A DNA stretch of 64,000 nt from assembly GCA_020848545.1 (NCBI GenBank), contig JADLHZ010000031.1, positions 18,483-82,482 of the forward strand. The letters run 5' to 3'. The notes under the pieces were generated by a model. That model was not told the DNA's origin. It saw only the letters and a list, made by a program, of their open reading frames with translations, and searched no databases. The translations under genes were made by a program, and so were the position numbers. This document shows positions 36,254 through 46,577 of this stretch, one piece after another (position 1 is the stretch's first letter; each line of letters starts with the position of its first letter). The stretch is from Deltaproteobacteria bacterium. GTDB taxonomy: Bacteria; Myxococcota; JADLHZ01.

Positions 36254-36927
36254 TCGTCGAGCTCCCGGATCTCTTGCCTCGCGACACCGTTCAGACGATC
36301 GTCGCCGATCTCGCGAGCGCGCCCTTCGAGGACGGCAAGGCGACGGCGCGCGGCAAGACGAAGGATCTGAAGAACAACTTGCAGCTGACCTACGATCATC
36401 CGGTGGCAAAGCGGTGGAGCGCGCACCTCTTGAAGACGCTCTCGGAGCATCGCACGGTGAAGGACGCGGCGCTGCCGAAGACCTTCTTGCCGATGCGCTT
36501 TTGCAAGTACAGCGTCGGCATGGAGTACGGCGAGCACATCGACGCGCCAGTGATGCGCTTGGATCCCACGGCGCCCGTACGCACCGACCTCGCGCTCACG
36601 GTCTGGCTCACCGACAAGCAGAGCTACGACGGTGGAGAGCTGATCGTGCGGGGACCGTTGGGCGAGCGCGCGCTGAAGGGCGACGCCGGCTCGGCAGTGA
36701 TCTACCCGGCGTCGACGCAGCATCGCGTGGCGCCCGTGACCCGCGGCGAGCGGATCGTCGCAATCTCTTGGGTGCAGAGCATGATTCGTTTGAACGAGCA
36801 GCGCGCGATCCTCTTCGACTTGGCTCTGGCGATCGGCGGTGCGTCGGCGCATCCGGACCTCGCGAGCGACGTGAAGGCGCTGCGCCGCGCGAAGAACGAG
36901 CTCGTGCGCATGTGGGCTGAGTGCTGA
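36250..36927 (+). CDS. PKHD-type Fe(II)/2-oxoglutarate hydroxylase (YbiX/PiuC-like)
   Basis: [14 protein letters not shown]...DGGELIV...[26 protein letters not shown] matches YbiX including the HxD...H facial triad. GTG start with GTGA overlap. Confidence 0.8.
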   Translation: MIVELPDLLPRDTVQTIVADLASAPFEDGKATARGKTKDLKNNLQLTYDHPVAKRWSAHLLKTLSEHRTVKDAALPKTFLPMRFCKYSVGMEYGEHIDAPVMRLDPTAPVRTDLALTVWLTDKQSYDGGELIVRGPLGERALKGDAGSAVIYPASTQHRVAPVTRGERIVAISWVQSMIRLNEQRAILFDLALAIGGASAHPDLASDVKALRRAKNELVRMWAEC

Positions 36928-36928
36928 G

Positions 36929-38902
36929 ATGGCGGTGAAGAAGAAGAAGGTCGCCGCGAAGAAGAAGGCGCCGGCGAAGAAGAAGGTCGCGGCACCGAAG
37001 AAGAAGGTTGCAGCGAAGAAGAAGCCGGCGCCGAAGAAGAAGGTCGCGGCGAAGAAGAAGCCCGCGCCAGAACCCGTGGCCGTGAACGTGGCCGTGGCGG
37101 TGGCCGAGCGGATGCACGGGCTCGAGGAAGAGGAGATCATCGAGGCGGAGCCGCATCCGGTGGCCGCTGCGCCGCTTGGGTCCGGCGACGACGACGGCGA
37201 CGTCAACGGCGACGTCAGCGATGAGGACTTTGAGCCGGAACCCGCTGGTCAGGCGCAGCCGGGGCTCGCACAGCAGCCACAGCAACCGGGACAAGGCCGC
37301 CGCCGCCGGCGAAGACGCCGCCGAAGACGCGGGCGTGGAGGCGGCGCAGAGCAGCATCACGATCCGCGCATTCCGCAGCCGCAGCACGGACACCGCGACA
37401 ACCAAGCGCACCCCCCCCGCGACCCGAACGCGCCGCCGCCGCCGCCGCCGCCCGCACCGCTCTCGCCGATCGACGACGTCGCCAAGCGTGTCTTCGGCAT
37501 CGAGCGCGTGCAGTCGGAGCAACGGGAAGCGATCGAAGCCGTGCTCGCCGGTCGCGACACCTTCGTGGTGCTGCCGACGGGCTACGGCAAGTCGCTCATC
37601 TATCAAATCGCGGCGATGCTCTCGAACCGCCCGACGGTCGTCATCTCGCCGCTCATTGCCTTGATGCGCGATCAAGAACGCAGCTTGCGCGAGAAGCACG
37701 TGCCGGTCGTTCGCCTGGACAGTACGCTGCACGCCGAGACGCGCCGGCAAGTGCTCGCGCGCATTCGCAAGGGCGGCCGTGTGATCGTGCTGACGACGCC
37801 GGAGACGCTTCAATCGGAGAAAGTTCGGCCGTTCTTCGTCGAGGCGAAGCCGGGCCTGCTCTGCGTCGACGAGGCGCATTGCATCTCGGAGTGGGGCCAC
37901 GACTTTCGGCCGGCGTACTTGCGCTTGGGATCCGAACGCGACGCGCTCGGCATTCCGACGACGCTCGCGTTGACCGCGACGGCGACGCCGGACGTCCGCG
38001 AGGACATCGCCAAGAAGCTGCACATGAAGGATCCGGCGTTGATCTTCGCGCCGCCTCATCGGCCGAACCTGCGCCTCGCCGTGTATCAAGTCGAAGGCAA
38101 CACGAAGATCGAGCTCGCCGGCCGCCTGATCCGCCGTTTGCCGCGCCCGGGCATCCTTTATTGCGCGACGACGAAGGCGGTCGACGAAGTGTTCGCCGCC
38201 ATGAGCCGCGCGCAGATCCCCTGCGCTCGCTACCACGGCGGCATGGGCACCGATGAGCGAACGGCGGCGCAGCGCCGCTTCATGCGTGACAAGCCGCTGA
38301 TCATGGTGGCGACGAGCGCGTTCGGCATGGGCATCGACAAGGCCGATATCCGCTCGATCGTGCATTACCAAGTGACCGGCTCGCTCGAGCAGTACGTGCA
38401 AGAGTCCGGGCGCGCGGGTCGCGATTGGCGACCGGCGAACTGCATCTTGCTCTTCGATCCGCAGGACCAAGAGATCCACCGCTTCTTGCAGCGTACCGGC
38501 CGGCCGAACGGCGCGCAGCTCGCCCGCGTGGGCGATGCGCTCGCGGCGTGGGCCAAGGACGGCAAGCCGGTGAACGTGCAGGATCTCGCGCTGTCGGCAG
38601 CGGCGCCGGCCACGACCGTACGCGCGCTGTGCGGTGAGCTCGAGCAGCTCGGCGTCATCGAGCTCGACGAAGAACGGCGCTTCGTCTCCCTCGTCCCGGC
38701 CGATGACCTGCGTGAAGCGGCGCACGATCTCGCGGCGCGCTTCGACCGGCAGAAGATCGAGGATGAGCGGCGGCTCCACGGCATCGCCGAGTATGCGCGC
38801 ACCGAGGGCTGCCGTAGCGTGTTCATCAGGAAGTGGTTCGGCGAGACCGATCCCCCGAAGTGCGAGAAGTGCGATCGCTGCAGACCGGAGAAGACCCCGT
38901 GA
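36929..38902 (+). CDS. recQ: RecQ-family DNA helicase with N-terminal lysine-rich histone-H1-like tail
   Basis: N-terminal [11 protein letters not shown] repeats plus an acidic and poly-Pro linker. Helicase motifs [31 protein letters not shown] and [12 protein letters not shown]-like C-terminus with 4 Cys. Confidence 0.9.
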   Translation: MAVKKKKVAAKKKAPAKKKVAAPKKKVAAKKKPAPKKKVAAKKKPAPEPVAVNVAVAVAERMHGLEEEEIIEAEPHPVAAAPLGSGDDDGDVNGDVSDEDFEPEPAGQAQPGLAQQPQQPGQGRRRRRRRRRRRGRGGGAEQHHDPRIPQPQHGHRDNQAHPPRDPNAPPPPPPPAPLSPIDDVAKRVFGIERVQSEQREAIEAVLAGRDTFVVLPTGYGKSLIYQIAAMLSNRPTVVISPLIALMRDQERSLREKHVPVVRLDSTLHAETRRQVLARIRKGGRVIVLTTPETLQSEKVRPFFVEAKPGLLCVDEAHCISEWGHDFRPAYLRLGSERDALGIPTTLALTATATPDVREDIAKKLHMKDPALIFAPPHRPNLRLAVYQVEGNTKIELAGRLIRRLPRPGILYCATTKAVDEVFAAMSRAQIPCARYHGGMGTDERTAAQRRFMRDKPLIMVATSAFGMGIDKADIRSIVHYQVTGSLEQYVQESGRAGRDWRPANCILLFDPQDQEIHRFLQRTGRPNGAQLARVGDALAAWAKDGKPVNVQDLALSAAAPATTVRALCGELEQLGVIELDEERRFVSLVPADDLREAAHDLAARFDRQKIEDERRLHGIAEYARTEGCRSVFIRKWFGETDPPKCEKCDRCRPEKTP

Positions 38903-39750
38903 GCGACGTCGTCGTCATCCCGGCGTGGCGGCGAGCGGATTTCTTGGCCCTGACGCTCGAGCGGATCGCGGCGGCGCGCCACAGCGACGAGCATCACTAC
39001 TTCATCACCTTGGATCGCGGCTTCGACCCCGAAGTGCTCGCGGTGGCGCAGGCGTGGAAGCAAAAGGACGTCGCTGTGCTCGCGCGGACGAGCGACCACG
39101 GTTACTACGGCAACAGCTTCAACGTGCTCGAAGGTTTTCGTTACGCGCTCGGGCAAGCGGCGCGGCTCGGGTCGCGCTTGATCTACACGATTGAAGAGGA
39201 CGTCTGGGTGGCGAAGGACTTCTTCGCGTTCAGCCGGCAAGTGCACGACGCGTTTTCACCGTTCGCGTTCTCGGCGTCGGTGAACCAGCCGTCGACCGGC
39301 ACGGCGACCGAGACGATCCGAAAGCCGCGCGAGCCCGAGAAGGTCTACGGGCATCCGTTCTTCCAGAGCTACGGCGCGAGCTTTGCGCCTTCTGCGGTCG
39401 TCGAGATCCTGAAGCACGCGACGCACGACTACTACCGCGACATGGGCCGCTACGTGGTGAAAAGCTTTCCCGGCACGGGTGAGCGGCGCTGGGAGCAAGA
39501 CGGACTCATCACGCGGGTGATCGGCGCGGCCGGCGGCGAGACGTTGTACCCGTACGTGCCGCGCGCGATGCACGCCGGTTTTCACGGGTACAACCGCGCC
39601 GGGACGCCGTTGAAGGGCACGCTCGATGAGCGCATCGCGAAGCTGCGGGAAATGGATCAGGCGGCGATGAACCGGGCCGCGAGCGCGATCTTCGACATCG
39701 AATTCTGCGACTTCGAGGGCTTCGAAATCGACGCTGTCACTAGATCGTAG
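38899..39750 (+). CDS. GT-A-fold (GT2-like) protein, putative glycosyltransferase
   Basis: N-terminal VVIPAWRR resembles GT2 VVIPAYNE. EED replaces the canonical DxD. GTGA overlap with recQ stop. Confidence 0.45.
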   Translation: MSDVVVIPAWRRADFLALTLERIAAARHSDEHHYFITLDRGFDPEVLAVAQAWKQKDVAVLARTSDHGYYGNSFNVLEGFRYALGQAARLGSRLIYTIEEDVWVAKDFFAFSRQVHDAFSPFAFSASVNQPSTGTATETIRKPREPEKVYGHPFFQSYGASFAPSAVVEILKHATHDYYRDMGRYVVKSFPGTGERRWEQDGLITRVIGAAGGETLYPYVPRAMHAGFHGYNRAGTPLKGTLDERIAKLREMDQAAMNRAASAIFDIEFCDFEGFEIDAVTRS

Positions 39751-39824
39751 CCGTGAAAGATGGCCGTGGCCGAAATCGCAAGATCCGGAGTGTTCCGCCT
39801 CGACGCTGGGGCTACGTTCGCGGC

Positions 39825-40706
39825 ATGATCCACGCCCCGATGAACGCCTCGCTGATCACCGAGCTCTGCCGCCACATCGAACGCGCCGAGGAGGAACCGT
39901 CGCTCACGGACCTCGCGGCGCGCGCGCACTTGAGCCCGTCGCACCTGCAGCGGATCTTCAAAGCAGCGACCGGTGTCTCGCCGAAGGAATACGCGAAGGC
40001 GCATCGGGCGAAGCGCGTGCGCCAACAGCTCGCTGAAGGCACCAGCGTCACGCGAGCGATCTACGACGCCGGCTACAACTCGAACGGCCGCTTCTACGAA
40101 GAGTCGCGGGCGATCCTCGGCATGACGGCGCGCGACTTTCGCAAAGGCGGGCAGGGCGCGAGGATCCGCTTCGCCGTCGGCGAGTGCTCGCTTGGCGCGA
40201 TCCTGGTCGCGGCGAGCGATCGCGGCATCTGCGCGATCGCGCTCGGCGACGATCCGAATCGCCTCGTGCGCGAGCTGCAGGATCGCTTCCCAAAGGGCGA
40301 GCTCGTCGGCGGCGATCGCGGCTTCGAGCGCACGGTGGCGGCGGTCGTTGGCCTCGTCGAAGAGCCGCGGCTCGGCCTCACTCTGCCGCTCGACGTCCGC
40401 GGCACCGCGTTTCAACACCGTGTGTGGCGAGCGCTGCGCGAAATCCCGGCGGGAAGCGCGCTGAGCTATGCCCAGATCGCTGCCACGATCGGCCGGCCGA
40501 AATCTGTCCGTGCCGTGGCACGCGCGTGCGCGAGCAACGTCATCGCCGTCGCGATTCCCTGCCACCGAGTGGTCCGGACCGACGGCGCAATCAGCGGCTA
40601 TCGTTGGGGCGTCGAGCGCAAGCGCGCGCTCCTCGATCGCGAGCGGGAAGCTGAGGTAAGGGCGAAGCGTGTTTCGAGTCATCGAGCTGCAGAACGGCAA
40701 GATTGA
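39825..40706 (+). CDS. Ada-like bifunctional AraC-HTH / O6-methylguanine-DNA methyltransferase
   Basis: AraC-type HTH (LSPSHLQRIFK). C-terminal MGMT domain with active-site IPCHRVV. Confidence 0.85.
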   Translation: MIHAPMNASLITELCRHIERAEEEPSLTDLAARAHLSPSHLQRIFKAATGVSPKEYAKAHRAKRVRQQLAEGTSVTRAIYDAGYNSNGRFYEESRAILGMTARDFRKGGQGARIRFAVGECSLGAILVAASDRGICAIALGDDPNRLVRELQDRFPKGELVGGDRGFERTVAAVVGLVEEPRLGLTLPLDVRGTAFQHRVWRALREIPAGSALSYAQIAATIGRPKSVRAVARACASNVIAVAIPCHRVVRTDGAISGYRWGVERKRALLDREREAEVRAKRVSSHRAAERQD

Positions 40707-41643
40707 GGTCCACGAGGGGAGCGAGCGCGTGGGGCCGCCGCCGCCGGGCGTCACCCGCTGGATCGACCTGCGCGATCAAGACGACGCGCAGCTCGAGCTC
40801 CTGCGCTCGCGCTTCGACTTGCACCCGCTGGCGATCGAAGACTGCGCGCACTTGGATCAGCGGCCGAAGCTCGAGGAGTACCGCGATCACATCTTCCTCG
40901 TGACCCAAGGCTTCTCGTGCCCCGGCGAAAGAGTGCGCGAGCTCAACATGCACGAGCTCCACACCTTCCTCGGCGAGCGCTGCATGATCACCGTGCACAC
41001 AGGCGACATCGCCGCCCTCGACCGCGCCTGGCGGCGGGTGAGCGGCGACGCCCGGCCGCTCGAGCGTGGGGTCGACTTCGTCTACTACCTGATCGCCGAC
41101 GGCATCGTCGATGACATCTTCCCGCTGCTCGATCGCATCGCCGATGAGCTCGAGGAGATCGAAGACGCCGTCCTCGCGTCGCCGAAGCACAAAGACCTCG
41201 GGCGGATCTTCGAGCTGAAGCACCACTTGGTGCAGATGCGCAAGGTGCTCTCGCCGCAGCGCGACGTGCTCGGCGTGCTCGCCAAGCGCGGCGATGCGCG
41301 GGTCAGTGAGCGGACGGCGCTCTATCTGCGCGACGTCTACGATCACCTGGTGCGCATCAACGAGTCGATCGAATCGAACCGCGATCTGCTCGGCAACGCG
41401 CTCGAAGCATACTTGTCGGCCGTCGCGCAGCGCACGAACGAGATCATGAAGCACCTGACGATCATGAGCGCGGTGTTCTTGCCGCTCGCGTTCATCGTCG
41501 GCTTCTTCGGGCAGAACTTCGACAACTTGCCGGGCGCGAAGGACTGGATCCACTCGGACACGCTGATGTGGACGATGATCGTGCTCTGCGCGGCGTTGCC
41601 GATTGGGATGTTCAGCTGGTTCTTTCGAAAGGGATGGCTATGA
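40669..41643 (+). CDS. corA: CorA-family divalent cation transporter
   Basis: Cytoplasmic domain plus two C-terminal TM helices. GQN variant of the GMN motif (FFGQNF). Its 5' end overlaps the Ada-like gene. Confidence 0.85.
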   Translation: MFRVIELQNGKIEVHEGSERVGPPPPGVTRWIDLRDQDDAQLELLRSRFDLHPLAIEDCAHLDQRPKLEEYRDHIFLVTQGFSCPGERVRELNMHELHTFLGERCMITVHTGDIAALDRAWRRVSGDARPLERGVDFVYYLIADGIVDDIFPLLDRIADELEEIEDAVLASPKHKDLGRIFELKHHLVQMRKVLSPQRDVLGVLAKRGDARVSERTALYLRDVYDHLVRINESIESNRDLLGNALEAYLSAVAQRTNEIMKHLTIMSAVFLPLAFIVGFFGQNFDNLPGAKDWIHSDTLMWTMIVLCAALPIGMFSWFFRKGWL

Positions 41644-42164
41644 GCGCTGCAAAGAAGAAGACACCGGCGAAGAAGAAGGCCGAGAAGCTGCCCGAGCCCG
41701 CGATGCGTCCGCCGCCGAAGGAAGGCGCTGCCGCCCCCGCCTTCTCGCTCCCCGCGGACGATGGCAGCACGGTGCAGTTGGCCGATCTGCGCGGCAAGAA
41801 GGTCGTCCTCTACTTCTATCCGAAGGACGACACGCCCGGTTGCACCATCGAAGCGTGCGCGTTTCGCGACGCCTACAAAGAGATCCAGAAGAAGGGCGCC
41901 GTCGTCTTCGGCGTCTCGCGCGACACTATCGAGAAGCACCAGAAGTTCAAGGCGAAGTACAAGCTCTCGTTCCCGCTGCTCTCGGATCCCGCGGGCGACG
42001 TCGTTTCGGCGTACGGGAGCTGGGGGCCGAAGCAGTTCATGGGTCGCAAGTTCAACGGCATCTTGCGCACGACCGTGATCATCGACGAGCAGGGCAAGAT
42101 CCAAAAGCTCTACCCAAAGGTGTCGCCGAAGACCCACGCTGACGAGATTCTTGCGGCGCTGTGA
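41640..42164 (+). CDS. bcp: Thiol peroxidase Bcp (peroxiredoxin Q) with lysine-rich N-terminal extension
   Basis: PKDDTPGCTIEAC peroxidatic and resolving Cys motif. N-terminus MSAAKKKTPAKKKAEK. ATGA overlap with corA stop. Confidence 0.85.
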   Translation: MSAAKKKTPAKKKAEKLPEPAMRPPPKEGAAAPAFSLPADDGSTVQLADLRGKKVVLYFYPKDDTPGCTIEACAFRDAYKEIQKKGAVVFGVSRDTIEKHQKFKAKYKLSFPLLSDPAGDVVSAYGSWGPKQFMGRKFNGILRTTVIIDEQGKIQKLYPKVSPKTHADEILAAL

Positions 42165-43231
42165 CCTTCGCGTGTCTCGCTTGCCGGAGCGCGCTCGCGA
42201 AGCGTGACGATGCGCTCGCCTGCGAAGCGTGCGGCCGCCGGTGGCCCGTCGTCGGCGGCCTGCCGATCCTCGTGGCTGATCCGGCGGCGTATCTACACGC
42301 GACGAGCGAGCGCGCAGAGGACAAGAAGCGGGTGGCGTTTGCGCCCTACGCGTTCGCAGGCGCCACCGCCGTCGAGCGCATCGACGTGGATCCGACACAG
42401 CTCGCCTCGATCACGGCGGCGGCACAGGCAACGCAGGAGAACTTCCGCGCCGTTGACGCTTGGCTCGCGCCGTTGCGAGAGGCGCTGCCGCGCTTCGAAC
42501 GGCGCTCCGATGTGCTCGCCGAGGCCGACCTCGATCGTCTGTGCGGCTACGGCCCGTTCGGCACCTTCGATCACCTCTTGCGCGATTGGCGGTCGGACTC
42601 GGACGACGCCGAGAAGATCGCGCGCGCGACCGCGATCGACGGGCGCGCTGGCGTGGCGCTCGTGCTCGGCAGCGGCGGCGGCCGTTTGCTCACGGAGATC
42701 GCGCCGCAGTGCAACGAGGTCATCGCCGTCGAGCTCTCGTACCTCCTGGCCACGGCCTCGCGCGCGATCGTCGAGGAAGGCGCCGTGATCGATCTCTTCG
42801 AGGTGCGCATGCGCAGCGTGAAAGCGATCGCCGATCGGGTGACGCGTCAAGCGCTGAAGGGGCGCGCGCGTCGCGAGAACGTGCGCCACGTCGTCGCCGA
42901 CGCGCATGCAGTGCCGCTCAAAGATGGGGCGGCCGATTGGGTGATCGCGGCCTTCCTCTTCGACGTCGTCCCCGACGGCCGCCGCTTGATCGACGAGATG
43001 CGCCGCCTCGTGCGTGCGGGCGGCCGCATCGTCGTGACGACCTTGTTCGGTTACGAGAACGACGACTTGTGGACCTACTATGCGCCCGAGCAACTCATCG
43101 CGATGATCGAGGCGCATGGGTTCACGCTGGAAGAGGCGACTTGGTCGGAGCACCCGTTGCTCGCATCGCCCGGCGCGACGCGGCGCTACGTGGGGCAGAT
43201 GTTGAAGGTCGTCGCCCGGCGGTCGATGTGA
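42161..43231 (+). CDS. Trm112-like zinc-ribbon fused to SAM-dependent methyltransferase
   Basis: CLACRS...CEACGRRW is a Trm112-type C4 ribbon. ALVLGSGGG is methyltransferase motif I. GTGA overlap. Confidence 0.7.
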   Translation: MTFACLACRSALAKRDDALACEACGRRWPVVGGLPILVADPAAYLHATSERAEDKKRVAFAPYAFAGATAVERIDVDPTQLASITAAAQATQENFRAVDAWLAPLREALPRFERRSDVLAEADLDRLCGYGPFGTFDHLLRDWRSDSDDAEKIARATAIDGRAGVALVLGSGGGRLLTEIAPQCNEVIAVELSYLLATASRAIVEEGAVIDLFEVRMRSVKAIADRVTRQALKGRARRENVRHVVADAHAVPLKDGAADWVIAAFLFDVVPDGRRLIDEMRRLVRAGGRIVVTTLFGYENDDLWTYYAPEQLIAMIEAHGFTLEEATWSEHPLLASPGATRRYVGQMLKVVARRSM

Positions 43232-43238
43232 TCCCGGG

Positions 43239-44222
43239 CTACGGAGCGATCTTCGCGTGCAGAGCGTCGACGATGGGCGCTGTGCGATCGAAGACTTCGA
43301 TTTCGCGCAGGCGCTCTTCGACCGGCTTCGGGCGCTTCTTCGCCTTCTTCTTCGCCGCAGCTTCCGCGCGTGCGGTCTCGAGCTGCAGGCGCTCGTAGAG
43401 GGCGAGGGCGCCGTCGGTCTCTTTGAGCACCATGGGATTCGCGGCGATGCGGCGCTCGATCTCGGCGCGCTTCTCACGGAAGACTTCGTAGGGCGAGCGA
43501 GGCGGCGTGGCCACGGGCGGCGTCGGCGCGACGACGGTCGGAGCCGAGGTGGGAGCGACGGCTTCGACGGGCTTTGGCGGCGGCGGTTTTGACGATGGCG
43601 GCGCGGGGGCGAAGATGCCGACGGCGATGATGGCGCCGACGATGAAGACGCCGCTCCCGCCGCCGAGGATCAGCGGGAGGAGACTCGCTTGGCGGGCCGC
43701 GTCCGATGGCACCGCTTCGACGGCCGGCTCTGGCGGCGGATCGCGCGGCGGCGGACTGGTGAGCGGCGGCAGGTTGAGGGCGTGCGCCGCGGGCGATGGC
43801 GATGGCGATGGCGATGGCGATGGCGATGGCGATGGCGATGGCGATGGCGATGGCGATGGCGATGGCGATGGCGATGGCGATGGCGCGGGTGTCACCACAG
43901 GCGCCGGCGGTTTTTGCGGCACGCTCGTCGACACCGCGATCGGTAGGACGACTTCGAGCTTGTAGTCGGCGATGACGATGCGCATGCCGGCGCGGAGCTC
44001 GTGCGCCGCCGTGATCTTCTGACTGTGGATCCAGGTGCCGCTCTCGGACTTCAGATCCTCGACGTACCAGCGGCCCTGCTGCGTATAGATGCGCGCGTGA
44101 CGCTCGGCCACCCGTGGGTCGTCGATGACGACGTCGGCGCTTTTGTCGCGGCCGATGGTGACGCCTTGGTCGCCGACTGGGATGCTCTTCGCCGTCTGCA
44201 GGTCTTTGAGCGTCAGTTGCAT
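43239..44222 (-). CDS. FHA-domain membrane protein with (PS)15 linker
   Basis: N-terminal FHA (GRDKSADVVIDDPRVAERHARI). (SP)15 is encoded by (GGCGAT)15 on the plus strand. TM helix. C-terminal coiled coil with KKKAKKRPK. Confidence 0.8.
   Translation of the reverse strand: MQLTLKDLQTAKSIPVGDQGVTIGRDKSADVVIDDPRVAERHARIYTQQGRWYVEDLKSESGTWIHSQKITAAHELRAGMRIVIADYKLEVVLPIAVSTSVPQKPPAPVVTPAPSPSPSPSPSPSPSPSPSPSPSPSPSPSPSPAAHALNLPPLTSPPPRDPPPEPAVEAVPSDAARQASLLPLILGGGSGVFIVGAIIAVGIFAPAPPSSKPPPPKPVEAVAPTSAPTVVAPTPPVATPPRSPYEVFREKRAEIERRIAANPMVLKETDGALALYERLQLETARAEAAAKKKAKKRPKPVEERLREIEVFDRTAPIVDALHAKIAP
43795..43884. repeat. (GGCGAT)15 hexanucleotide microsatellite inside FHA gene, encoding (SP)15
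   Basis: Perfect 15 units, in frame. Confidence 0.9.
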
Positions 44223-44324
44223 GCCTTCATTTTCCGCCGCCTTGGGCATTTGTCCAAAAAAGGCCTCACTTTCCGGCGGCAAACGACGACGGCAACGCGA
44301 TGAAGAACGGGCTAAGCTTCGTTC

Positions 44325-45332
44325 ATGCCCTTCCTTCTGCTCACCGCCAGCGCGATCATGCCGGCGCTCCTCCTCTTCTGGTACTTCTGGGCCAAGGACA
44401 AGAACCCCGAGCCGCGCGGCGCCTTACTGAAGACGTTCTTCGGCGGCGTGCTCATCTGCTTCCCGGTCGTCTTCGTCGTCCATGGCCTCGAGGGCTATTG
44501 GGCGGGCGCCGAAGGGATGTGGCCAAAGGCGTTCACCAAGGCGTTCTTCGGCGCCGGCATCCCCGAAGAGAGCTTCAAGCTGCTCGTGCTCTTGACGGTC
44601 GTCTGGAGGAACGCGGCGTTCGACGAGAAGATTGACGGCATGATCTACGGGGTGACCGCGTCGCTCGGCTTCGCCACGCTCGAGAACGTGCTCTACGTCT
44701 CGACCGGCGGCCTCGGCACAGCGGTGATGCGCGCGGTGACTGCGGTGCCGTGCCACGCGTTTCTCGGCGTGATCATGGGCGCATTTCTGACCAAGGCGAA
44801 GTTCGGCCCGAAGGAGCAGGCACTCGGGTTCATCGCCACAGGGCTCGTCGCCGCGATCGTGCTTCACGGTCTTTACGACATGTTCCTCTTCACGCAGAGC
44901 GGGTGGGCCGTGTGCGCGCTCGTCGTCCTCGCCGTGATGGTGCGCTGGGGCCGCACGATGTTCTTGCGCGAGCGCGACGCGCAGCTCACGCAGGTGACGG
45001 CGACGACGGCGCAGGTCGTGGTCGCGATGGCGTCGGCTGACGGCGTGGTGAGCGCTGCGAGCGTGAGGGCGCAATCGGTGCGCACCACCGTGGCGCCGCC
45101 GCCCGCTCGGTCGTGGGGCGCGCGCTTCAAGATCTTCTTCGGCGGCGTCGGGCTCACGGCGTGCTCTTTGGTCGCCGTCGCGCTCGTCGCCGTCGCGTTC
45201 GATGGGAAGACCGAGATGCTCGGGATCATCATCCTCGGCTTCATGACCTTCGTGCCTGGCGCGATCTCGTTTTGGCTCTTCCGCGCCGGCCTGCGCGCGC
45301 CGATGCTGACACCGATGTCGCAGCCGGCTTGA
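44325..45332 (+). CDS. PrsW-family intramembrane metalloprotease
   Basis: Polytopic. EESFKLLVLL (EExxK) and FATLENVLY motifs. Confidence 0.7.
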   Translation: MPFLLLTASAIMPALLLFWYFWAKDKNPEPRGALLKTFFGGVLICFPVVFVVHGLEGYWAGAEGMWPKAFTKAFFGAGIPEESFKLLVLLTVVWRNAAFDEKIDGMIYGVTASLGFATLENVLYVSTGGLGTAVMRAVTAVPCHAFLGVIMGAFLTKAKFGPKEQALGFIATGLVAAIVLHGLYDMFLFTQSGWAVCALVVLAVMVRWGRTMFLRERDAQLTQVTATTAQVVVAMASADGVVSAASVRAQSVRTTVAPPPARSWGARFKIFFGGVGLTACSLVAVALVAVAFDGKTEMLGIIILGFMTFVPGAISFWLFRAGLRAPMLTPMSQPA

Positions 45333-45392
45333 GGCATGGCGCCGCGAATGCTGCGTTTTTGCCGCGGCCCGAGATTTGCTCGGCGCCGCCGC

Positions 45393-46535
45393 ATGCGCTT
45401 TTACCTTTGCCTCCTGTTCGTGGGCTGCGCTGCGCCAGAGGATCCCAGCTTCGTTCCCAAGACCTTTGATCTTCCTGTGCTGCGGATCACCAGTGACGCG
45501 GCCGTGACGTCGAAAGAGATCGAGGTGCCCGGTGTCTTCACCTTGGCCGGCCCCGCGGGCAGCGAAGCGGGCGGGGCGCTGACGATCAAAGGGCGCGGCA
45601 ACACGACGTGGAATTATCCGAAGAAGCCGTACGCGATCGATCTCGAAGAAAAGACGGAGCTGCTCGGTATGCCTGCCGGCAAGGACTTCGTGCTGCTCGC
45701 GAACTACGCCGACAAGACACTGCTGCGCACGGCCCTCGCCTTCGAGCTGAGCGAACGTCTCGGCATGGCGTACACAACGCGCTCGCGCTTCGTCGAGCTG
45801 TTCTTGAACGACGCGTATCTCGGCGTCTATCAGCTCACCGAGAAGATCAAATTCGGCAAGAAGCGGATCGACGTCTCGGATGAAGCATTTCTCCTCGAGA
45901 TCGAGCCGCACACGGACGCGCACATCTACATCGCGACGACGAGCGGCGTCGAAGCCGCGATCCGCGAGCCGGACGAACCGAGCGCAGAGCAGACGGCGAG
46001 CATCAGCGCGTCATTTCAAGGCGTCGAGGATGCGATCGCGGCCGGAGACGCGAGCGCCGTGCTCGACGAAGACTCGGCGATCGCGTGGTATTGGACGAAC
46101 GAGCTCTTGAAGAATCCGGACGCCGCGCTCGATCGCAGCGTCTACTTGTACAAAGACACGGGCGCGCCGCTCGTCTTCGGGCCGGTTTGGGACTTCGATC
46201 TCTCCGGCGGCAACAATGTGACGGCGGCGAGCGGCCCGGAAGGCTACTGGGTGCGTCGAGCGAAGTGGTTCGAGCAGCTCTTCGCGCAGGATGCGTTTAC
46301 GTCGAAGGCGTGGGCAGCGTGGCGCGCGCTCGACAAGAATGCGTTGACGGCCTTCATCGACAGTGAGTCGGCGCGCCTCGCGCTCGGTCAAGAGCACAAC
46401 TTCCGTCGTTGGCCGATCCTCTCCTTTCGTGTGCAGCACAATCCGGTCGCCCGCGGTTCCTACGCGGCCGAAGTCGCCGCCCACCGCGAGTGGTTGACCG
46501 CGCGCATCGCGTGGCTCGACGCGCAGGCGCCGTGA
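45393..46535 (+). CDS. CotH-family (spore-coat protein H-like kinase fold) lipoprotein
   Basis: Start MRFYLCLLFVGCA (lipobox). CotH-like central region (KKPYAIDL, FLLEIE, WDFDLS). Confidence 0.65.
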   Translation: MRFYLCLLFVGCAAPEDPSFVPKTFDLPVLRITSDAAVTSKEIEVPGVFTLAGPAGSEAGGALTIKGRGNTTWNYPKKPYAIDLEEKTELLGMPAGKDFVLLANYADKTLLRTALAFELSERLGMAYTTRSRFVELFLNDAYLGVYQLTEKIKFGKKRIDVSDEAFLLEIEPHTDAHIYIATTSGVEAAIREPDEPSAEQTASISASFQGVEDAIAAGDASAVLDEDSAIAWYWTNELLKNPDAALDRSVYLYKDTGAPLVFGPVWDFDLSGGNNVTAASGPEGYWVRRAKWFEQLFAQDAFTSKAWAAWRALDKNALTAFIDSESARLALGQEHNFRRWPILSFRVQHNPVARGSYAAEVAAHREWLTARIAWLDAQAP

Positions 46536-46577
46536 CGCTCGTTCGGCGTCGACGTCGTGCGCGATGTGCTGAAGGCT

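Noticed and set aside
36608-38779. 723-aa minus-strand ORF
   Set aside because: Antisense to recQ, Arg/Gly-rich, with no motifs. The recQ frame has all helicase motifs.
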